From positions 316,510,001 through 316,574,000 of the forward strand of contig OZ024741.1 in NCBI GenBank assembly GCA_964016885.1: a DNA stretch of 64,000 nucleotides, in the 5' to 3' direction. Source of the stretch: Eledone cirrhosa (taxonomy: Eukaryota). Shown here one piece after another: positions 55,627 to 64,000 of the stretch. The first letter of the stretch is position 1, and every line of letters begins with the position of its first letter. The notes under the pieces are model-generated. The model made no database searches and had not been told where the DNA came from. It saw only the letters and a list, made by a program, of their open reading frames with translations. The position numbers and the translations under genes are program-made.

Positions 55627-57109
55627 TTACCTCTCTGCGTCCCGGGGTCCGGGCTGTTCAGTTTCCATGGGGGTGGTTGATGGGTTTTGGGGTGGGGTGG
55701 TGATTTGTGGTGGTGTGGGGGTATTAGTGTGTGGAGGGGTTGGGGTATTTGGAATTGTGTGGGTGTTTGAGGAGGGGAGGGGGAAACCTTTTAGGAGGAC
55801 GTGGTTGGGTGGCCTGGTGCAGGGTGGCCCCACGTCCTCAGGGTAAATGTTTTTCAATGTTTAAAAATGTCAAGTGGGACCTTCACCATTTTCAGGTTAG
55901 GGAGTCCCGTTGCTATTGTAAAATTCGGCCCTTCGGTTTGTACCGAAGGGTTGTTGTTTATTTTGTCTGCTAAGTTTTTATTGTTTTTGTTTATGTATGT
56001 GTAGAGTTTTTGTGTTGTTGTGTTTGTTTTTGTTTGTTGTTCTTAAGTGAGCTTGCGTTTTGTTGTCTGTGCTGTGTTGTCAGGTGGGGTTATTTTTGTT
56101 TGTGTGGTGTGTGTACGTTTTTTTCTTTTGACTTTTTGGAAGGGAGCCCCCTCGTCTTCCGAGGATATGAGCTCCTCTTCTGTATTGGAGGGGAGGGGTA
56201 TATTGCCAGGTTGTGTTTGCACTGCGTGTGTTTTAGTATTTGTGTTCTGTGGGGAGGGGCTGGGTGGGACCGTGTTTTAGATGGTTTTCTTGAGCTGTTG
56301 TTGTTGATGTTGTTGTGGTGGTGTTATTGTTTGTGGTGTTTGTAATAAAGGTTTCTTTTTTATCAGTTGAGGGCATGCAACCCTCATGTGACCTCTGCTT
56401 GCGCAGTGGTAACACGCGGGTCGCCTACCCTCAAATGAAATGTTTATGTAGGTCTCTCCATCTAAATGAATTCTCTGTGGGATCTTCGCTATCCTTTCTG
56501 GGCTCATCTGCACCAGAAGTTCTACGCTGGTCCCACTAAAGACCTCTCTGGGGGACTTTCCAACCGAGATTATAATGTCTTGGTCAAGGTCTAAAACGCC
56601 ACAAAGTAGCCACCAAGTGTCTAATTTGGGTCTTATGCAGTGGAATTTTATTTTTTGAGACCTTCTTCCCATGTAAGACGGGAAAAAGGTGAAGTGGGTA
56701 GATACAATGGGCGCAATGGAATGTTTTTGCGCCGTTTCTTGGTCCTTCATAATCACCGAGATGCTACCGAAGAGTTTTCCTTTTTGGATGAACAAAATGT
56801 TTTCAATTTGGTTCCTTAAAACCAGTTCTATCTCACTCTGAGACGGTTGTACTGGTTTTTTTTTGTCGCATTCGAAATTGTCCTGAACACCACCGTGCTC
56901 GTGGCAATTTCTCTTTTAATTTCTTCAGGGGAATTAATGCTGAATGAACCATCGGGTTCGAAAGTCACATACCTTTTTGCTTCTTCCAACTTTTGCTTTG
57001 CGTTGGTTAAATCCAAAGGTAGGAACACTTGTATTATTTTTACAGTTTCCGCAAAGGAAATTTTGTTGTCGTTGTCTTTCTTGTTATTGTTGTTGTTGTC
57101 GCTGTTCAC
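55627..57109 (-). pseudogene. Tx1 ORF1 with zinc knuckle
   Basis: EGRRPACYHCASRGHMRVAC (CX2CX4HX4C); frameshifted. Confidence 0.8.
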
Positions 57110-57857
57110 TTTGGTGTTCGTATTGGTATCGATAATTTTTCTGTTGCTGGTATTATTTTCAATTTGTGTCTTTTCGGTTGTTGACTGTTGTTCCTTATTA
57201 ACGTTTTTCGTTAAAGGAAGGGGGGAAGCTGGGCACTTTGTGCTTTCAATTTTCCTCGAAGATTTTTTTTCTTTGGGGAGGGTGGCACCATGACCTTGTA
57301 TTAATGCCGTTCATTACTACAAGCCGAGTTCACAAAAATGCAAGATGAAAACTTTCACCCCAAAGAGGGGCGAAAACAATAATAACCCCAACGTCTGCAG
57401 GCCCAAACGAGGGGTTAAACTATATTACAATAGAAAAAAAGAAAAATAATCCCAAAACTCACTCTTTACAAGGTAAAAGCAATGTAAAACACAGAGCTCA
57501 TTAATACACGTCTACCTCCGTCGACAGATAGACAATGAGCCAGATACACGAACAGACAGTTAGACCGACAGACAGACAGACGCACAGACAAATAGATAGG
57601 AAGACAGACAAACAAACGGGCAGAGAGACAGATAGACATAGATAGACAGATAGACAGGCTGACATACACACTGGTAATCAGACAATCAAACAGCCAGCCA
57701 CAGACATACGCATCTTTAATGAAATTCTCAGGGAGATTCAGACTATCACAAGGTTGGCCCTTTGAGTTACATGTACAGCTTAGGTAACTGGAGTGTGACA
57801 ACATGAAAGTCTCTTGTTTACGACACATTGTAGCCCTTTGAATCCATCACACAAACC

Positions 57858-58047
57858 TTCGTTGAACACTTGAGGGACTTATGACTCGGCATGGATAACC
57901 TCGTCGCTCGTCATTTCCCAGGTCACTCTTCTCTATATGTCTCAGTATTTGGTGTCTATTTATATCACGGATTACAGGTCTCGCGCACCAGGACTGAGCA
58001 GAGTCTAATTTTTCTCCCTTGGGTCCAGTTTCCCTAATGGACTCAAC
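57858..58047 (+). pseudogene. PLE GIY-YIG C-terminal remnant (third PLE type; absent from the ORF track)
   Basis: FVEHLRDL*LGMDNLVARHF..HS..RTRTEQSLIF/SLGSSFPNGLN; hammerhead about 610 bp downstream. Confidence 0.7.
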
Positions 58048-58659
58048 TCTCCTCCCCAATTTCTTTAATCTTGAACACATATACTTGTGCTTACTTCTCT
58101 TTCCCTAGCATCTATCACCCTTACCTCTTCCGTTGTCATACACGCCTGCGTACATTTACTCCTCAGGTTCATATGGCTCTGTTATGGTCAGAATCACACA
58201 CTCTTACGGCTTATACAGACCAACAACAAACACAAATTTACCTCTACACTTACCTTCTCGACTCTGAATGGACCAACAAGTAACACACATACACACACTC
58301 ACCCTTATACACACACATATTCTCACAAGTTCGACTTACAAACATATACACACTCCCTGTCCTTCTCCTCCTCTCTCTCCTAAAGTTACATATACACATG
58401 CATCCTCTTAGTTTCGCACGGACGAATAACGGCCACACACACAGACGCTCTATAAACTAAACGATTTTTTTCCTTTTCAGCTAGACGTCTTCGATCACCG
58501 ATTTTTAAAACAAGATCATCTTACACAACAACGCCAGCATCAACAGTATTCTAAGAGATGGCGACATGATATATTTTTTCTGTAGAAAAATTGTATTGCG
58601 TTTCTGCCACGGCCCAGTCTCCTCTATCTTTCTATTTCTTCTTTAATTTCTCATTCTAT

Positions 58660-58693
58660 TTTCCGATGAAGGACTAGCGTCCGAAACGTTAAG
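58660..58693 (+). ncRNA. Minimal hammerhead, U4C variant
   Basis: TTT-CCGATGA-A-GGAC-tagc-GTCC-GAAA-CG-TT-AAG; palindrome AACGTT. Confidence 0.7.
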
Positions 58694-58790
58694 ACTCTTT
58701 CCCACTTTATCAAGCGTAAAACTAATAATATATTTCTTCATTGTACTGTGTCGTTTGCTTTATTTTTGTTTGCCGTTTGCTCACACACAA

Positions 58791-58833
<43 letters not shown>

Positions 58834-58849
58834 AACAGAGAAAGAGATA

Positions 58850-58887
<38 letters not shown>

Positions 58888-59097
58888 GAGATAGAAACTT
58901 GCATATATGTGTATATGTGTATATATGTAAATAAACGTGTGTGCACGCACAAGTACAACATACAAGGTGCTGTGAGTTTGTAGATAGTTAGATAGAGAGA
59001 GAATATGCAAAGCAGAAAGTGAGAGGTAGAGAGTGAAAGATGATATAAGAAAAGAACAGAGAGGGGGAGAGAGGGAGAGAGAGAGAAAGAGTGAGAG

Positions 59098-59140
<43 letters not shown>

Positions 59141-59236
59141 AACAGTCCTGAATGAAGTAGGTTTTCAGGTCAGTGGTTATATAGTTAAAGCGTTGCCTGC
59201 AATATACGTCACACACGCACACACTGACACACTCAG

Positions 59237-59269
<33 letters not shown>

Positions 59270-59414
59270 GACATACTCTCACACACTCTCTCTCACTCAC
59301 ACACGCACACACACAGAGACATACTCTCACACACTCTCTCTCACTCACACACGCACACACACTCTCTCTCATACACACACGCACGCACACACACGCACAC
59401 ACACAAACATACAC

Positions 59415-59450
<36 letters not shown>

Positions 59451-60249
59451 GCATACACACACATACACTCACACTCTCTCTCTCACACATACACACACAC
59501 TGTTGCTTAAGTCAGTCGATGTTAGTCGAAGCTCTGGTTTTATATATATTATAACAACTGTACTGGCAACTATGAGTGTGTGTGTGTGTGGTACAGTGCG
59601 TGTGTAAGTAGTGCAGTGTGTGTGTGTGGTACAGTGCATGTGTACGTGGTGCAGTGTGTGTGTATGTACGTAATGCAGTGTGCATGTGTATCTGCAGGTC
59701 CGTGTGTATATCTGTACAGTGCTGTATGTGTGCGCAGTGATGTGTGTGTGGGAGGCAGTGGGGCTTTGTGTGTACAGTGCAATATGTGTGCCTGTATGTG
59801 TATGTGTGTGTGCATCTGCTTGTGTGTGTGTGTATTCGTGTATGTGTGCGTGCGTCTGCTTGTCTCTGTGTATGCTTGCACGTGTGTGTGAATGATTATA
59901 TGTGTGCGTGTGAAGGAGTGTGTGTGTATATGTGTGGTACAGTGTGTTGTCGGTGTTGTGTATGTGCGGTGCAGTGTGTTTGTTTGTGTGTATACTTCAG
60001 TGTATATGTGTGTGTGTTTATGTCCTATAACTTGGCAGTTAAAAAAATATACATGAAGAGAGTGATAAAATAAGAATCAGATTTAAAAAACAACAAAACA
60101 AATAGGTGTTGGAGTCGATATGTTCGACTAAATTATGGCGGTGCTCTAGTATGACTGTGAAGTAAATCTGTTGTTTAAAGAACCGAAGGAACGCCGACAT
60201 TTGCAAGACATGGTCACCCCCATCTCACATAATCATGGTTTCTTGTAGG

Positions 60250-60415
60250 CAGTGGCGGATTTAGAAAAAACGAGGCCCTGTACTAGTTAAGCTATGAGGC
60301 CCTGTACATGGGCTCTAAAGGACCTCATAACATTTTTTTGCAGGAACATGGGCCCCCTCTGACCAACGGGGCTTTGTGCTTAAGCACCTTAAGCACAATG
60401 GTAAATCCGCCACTA
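60250..60415. mobile_element. hAT-type MITE
   Basis: TIR CAGTGGCGGATTTA / TAAATCCGCCACTA; 8-bp TSD cttgtagg / catgtagg. Confidence 0.8.
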
Positions 60416-60721
60416 CATGTAGGAGATATTTGCTCTCGCTTTAGCGTTCTGACATCATTCTGTCTACTCTGCTACTAGATGTGCATCAATTTCCTCAGCC
60501 ATCTCATGCCATGTCGGTATATTTTCCAAATTATGATGACCTATAACTTGTCCAAGTATCATAGCCATATAGAAGAGCGGCTTCAACAACTGCCTTATAA
60601 ACCTTAAGTTTGGATGTTTAACTCTCATCTCAGGCGACCAAAAGCTGCATTGGTACATTATTTCCGCTCTAAGATTTTCTCTTTTCTATTTGTTTTCCTT
60701 GATAGGTGACTGACTACCCAG

Positions 60722-60866
60722 CAGGGCCTCCAAGAGAAATTTTTCAAGACCCCTTTGTGGCCCGAAGCAGGCAAAAGCTTTTCTCAAAATAGATGTTGCA
60801 TGGTTGCTGTGGGGTCTTCGTAGCTCTTAGGTCCCGGAACAAAGCACACCACTCTCATAGGCCCTG
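60722..60866. mobile_element. hAT-type MITE
   Basis: TIR CAGGGCCT / AGGCCCTG; 8-bp TSD ctacccag / ctactcag. Confidence 0.75.
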
Positions 60867-61077
60867 CTACTCAGATATTAGAAGTTCTCTACTTTTCCTA
60901 CCCTACTGTCCATGTAGCTGAATGGTTGGAGTAGGTTTTTACTTGTTCGATGCTTATTGATAATACAAGCAAGATAATGTTGAGAGAAGCTGGAACTACG
61001 GTCTCATGCGTTTATGTGAAAATATAGATAGTTGCCTGTTGTTCTTCTGTTGACATGGCACTATCTGTGGCATTATA

Positions 61078-61298
61078 GGGCGGTGGACTGGCAGAATTGG
61101 TAGAGTGTCGGACAACATGCTTAGCGGCATAGATTTACGGCCCTTTACGTTTTTAGTTCAAATACCAGCGTGGTTAGCTTTGCCTTTCATCCTTAAGAGG
61201 TCCATGAAATAAAGTACCAGTAATACACTGCAGTTGATTTAATCGACTTTCCCGTTGCCCTAAAATTCTTGGCCTTGTGCCTAAATCAGAAACCATTA
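61078..61298 (+). mobile_element. SINE family 1, diverged subfamily
   Basis: gggcggtggactggcag head, GCCTTTCATCC core, gccttgtgcc tail. Confidence 0.8.
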
Positions 61299-61645
61299 TA
61301 TGTAGACTGAAGTATAATTACTGGTTATAGAATTTCAAGGTCTTTGTTCAGGGAAGGAGTCTGCTGGATTTGAATAGCTTACTATTGTGTAGTGGTACAC
61401 CTGAACGTCACATTCCTCTTCCACTCCACTCATTGCAGCTTTCATAATTAGTTGTGGTTTCACATAGTCGGCTGATTAGCCCTGTAACATCATCACCACC
61501 ATCATCGCCACCATCATCGCCACCACCATCGCCACCACCATCAACACCACCATCACCACCACCATCATCACTACCACCATCACCATCACCATCATCATTA
61601 CCACCACCACCACCACTACCACCATCAACAACGTCATCCTCATCG

Positions 61646-61702
<57 letters not shown>

Positions 61703-62019
61703 ACATTCGACTGTAATATCTGATGGTCACAATCCTCCTGCACCAATTGCAGCTTTTAGAATTAGTTGTGGTCCCGTGGTCAGGTAATTAATACTGGTAC
61801 CGGATGGGGTTTGAAACCATTGGTGGAATTTGAGGAATCGGGAGGCTGAAAAAGATATCCTAATGTATCTTGTCCCATGCTCTGGCATAGACATTCTGTC
61901 AATCGACCCCCCCCCCCGACTAACTGGTACGTTACTGTAACGATCTTGGAAAGCCGAGACATACTACACAAAATGTTCTACACGATGCTCTACCGACTTT
62001 GCCAAGGCACTGCCTTACA

Positions 62020-62648
62020 TTTATATATATTAAGTTGTAGTTCCTGTCTGTTTGTTTGTTTGTTCACGAACTCCTCCAATGGTTTTGGAGATAGACCTCC
62101 ATAACCATATATATTCTGAAACTACATTGCCCAGTGTACTTGGATAAGTATATTTCATTTTAATCAAATGGTTCCCCGGAGGCACAAACCCCTGCTTGGC
62201 CCCGCTGAAAATGTTTTCCCTTCGATTTATATGAAATTTAAACCATAGGTAAATGAGAAGATATGATGCCTATTCACAAAATTTCAGCAAATTTCAATAA
62301 TATTAAGACACTAATGGGGGTCAAACCCCCTATAATGAAAAATTTGGAAGCCCACAACTTGAGTATTGGAACCGCTATTATCACGGGCTTTTTCTATTAA
62401 TTAAACGTAAATCAATTAAAAAAAAAAGCACCTCTCTTTTATAGTAGAATTTGACTAATTTAGACATTTTATCTATGGCAAAACATCACTAGAATTATGA
62501 CAACAAAAATCATTAATTAATGCTTCCACTTTTTTAACATTTTCCCTCTATTTTTTCTCCATAAATTATATCTGTGATTTAAAAATCAATCATCATTTTC
62601 TTACAAAAAAATGTGTGAAACGCAGCAAAGCGCGGGTGATTCGGCTAG
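62020..62648 (+). mobile_element. Non-autonomous Helitron
   Basis: 5' TATATATTAAG plus (GTTT)n; 3' cgcagcaaagcgcg hairpin and CTAG followed by T. Confidence 0.7.
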
Positions 62649-62673
62649 TTCATATATATATATGTATATAATA

Positions 62674-62708
<35 letters not shown>

Positions 62709-62717
62709 TATATATGT

Positions 62718-62962
62718 TTGTGTGTTTATGTGTGTGGTGCGTGCATACATCAGTGTATGTATGTGTGTTTATGTGTGTGTGTGTGGTGCGTGCATACATC
62801 AGTGTATGTATGTGTGTTTATGTGTGTGTGTGTGGTGCGTGGATACAACAGTGTATGTATGTGTGTTTATGTGTGTGCGTGTGCTTGCATACATCAGTGT
62901 ATGTATGTTTGTTTATGTGTGTGTGTGTGGTGCGTGCATACAACAGTGTATGTATGTGTGTA
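62718..62962. repeat. ~46-50-bp GT-rich minisatellite, about 5 units
   Basis: gtgtggtgcgtgcatacatcagtgtatgtatgtgtgtttat repeated. Confidence 0.8.
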
Positions 62963-63102
62963 CGGGCGTTCGTGGTACGGAGGAGGGGCGATGGTTGGTA
63001 AAGCCTCAGAGGTGAAGGTGTAGGCGAAGGATGCGGCGAAGTGAAGGTGGTGATTATAATTATGTGGTGTATGTATGAATGCATGTATGCACACACACAC
63101 GC

Positions 63103-63137
<35 letters not shown>

Positions 63138-63347
63138 CACGCACACATACACATATATATTTATAGAAACACATATCTTTTTCATTTATATCCATATACA
63201 CATATATAATAAACCAAGCGTAGAGATGTTGGTGTATGTATATATTATATATATATATATACATGTGTGTGTGTATATATATATATACACACATATATAT
63301 ATATATATATATATGTATGTATAAATATATGTATATATATGTATGTA

Positions 63348-63477
<130 letters not shown>

Positions 63478-64000
63478 CGTATATATGTATATATATGTCT
63501 AAAGAGAGGGAGATGGAGAGAGAGGGGAGAGAGGAAAGGGATAGAGAAAGGGAAACATAGCAGGAGGGATTAGAGGGGTGTTCGGTTGCTGACATGGAAG
63601 AGAGTAGTGGTATGGGGTAGTGGGCAAGGGTATGGGTTCATAGAGAGAATAAGAGAAAGAAAAAGATAAGGTATAATTATGTATGTGTGTGTGAGTATGT
63701 GTGTGTGTGTGTGCGTGTGTGTGTGTGCGTGCGTGTATGTGTGTGTGTGTGTGTGTGTCTGTGTGTATGTGTGTGAGTGTGTGTGTGTGTGTGTGTCTGT
63801 GTGTGTGCGTGTGTGAGTGTGTGTGTGTGCGTGTCTGTGTGTGTGTGTGTGTACGTGCGTGTGTATGTATGCTGTCAGTTTGGAGGGAAGCCCACATTTA
63901 GATAAGGCGCCTGTTTCGAGGGGGAAAATGGTTTAAAAAGACCAACGAATGCTATATAGGGGGGGGGGGGGGGGGGGGGGGGGGTATAAAGAGGAGTAAA

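Larger units (their letters stand above)
52200..57520 (-). mobile_element. Near full-length Tx1/L1-clade LINE, decayed
   Basis: 5' UTR, ORF1, ORF2 (APE-RT-CCHC) and 3' UTR ending AATAAA; flanked by (GACA)-rich tracts. Confidence 0.92.

Noticed and set aside
60464-60658. Possible host exon (64-aa ORF; also 36400-36540)
   Set aside because: No recognisable domain, no supported splice structure, and surrounded by MITEs and SINEs.

Overview
Eukaryotic, AT-rich, microsatellite-saturated DNA with no host gene I can support. The SINE and repeat content looks cephalopod (octopus-like); this is an inference. Almost all ORF-track entries are translations of (TA)n, (CA)n or (ACC)n tracts. Supported content: two decayed Tx1/L1-clade LINEs, a complete-ended hAT transposon (TIRs, 8-bp TSD, broken transposase), CRE, CR1 and RTE fragments, Helitrons, MITEs and tRNA-SINEs. 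The most striking signal is a dense Penelope-like element (PLE) and hammerhead-ribozyme (HHR) system tied to (TA)n tracts. It comprises a 3.4-kb head-to-head palindrome of a Naiad-like PLE, two other PLE GIY-YIG remnants, a 3 x ~422-bp tandem HHR array (retrozyme-like), about ten unrelated minimal type I HHR or HHR-like families, most with their own stem-III palindrome, and at least six further fold-back insertions, most with 3' ends pointing outward into (TA)n. All motif and structure calls were made by eye; no searches or folding were run.
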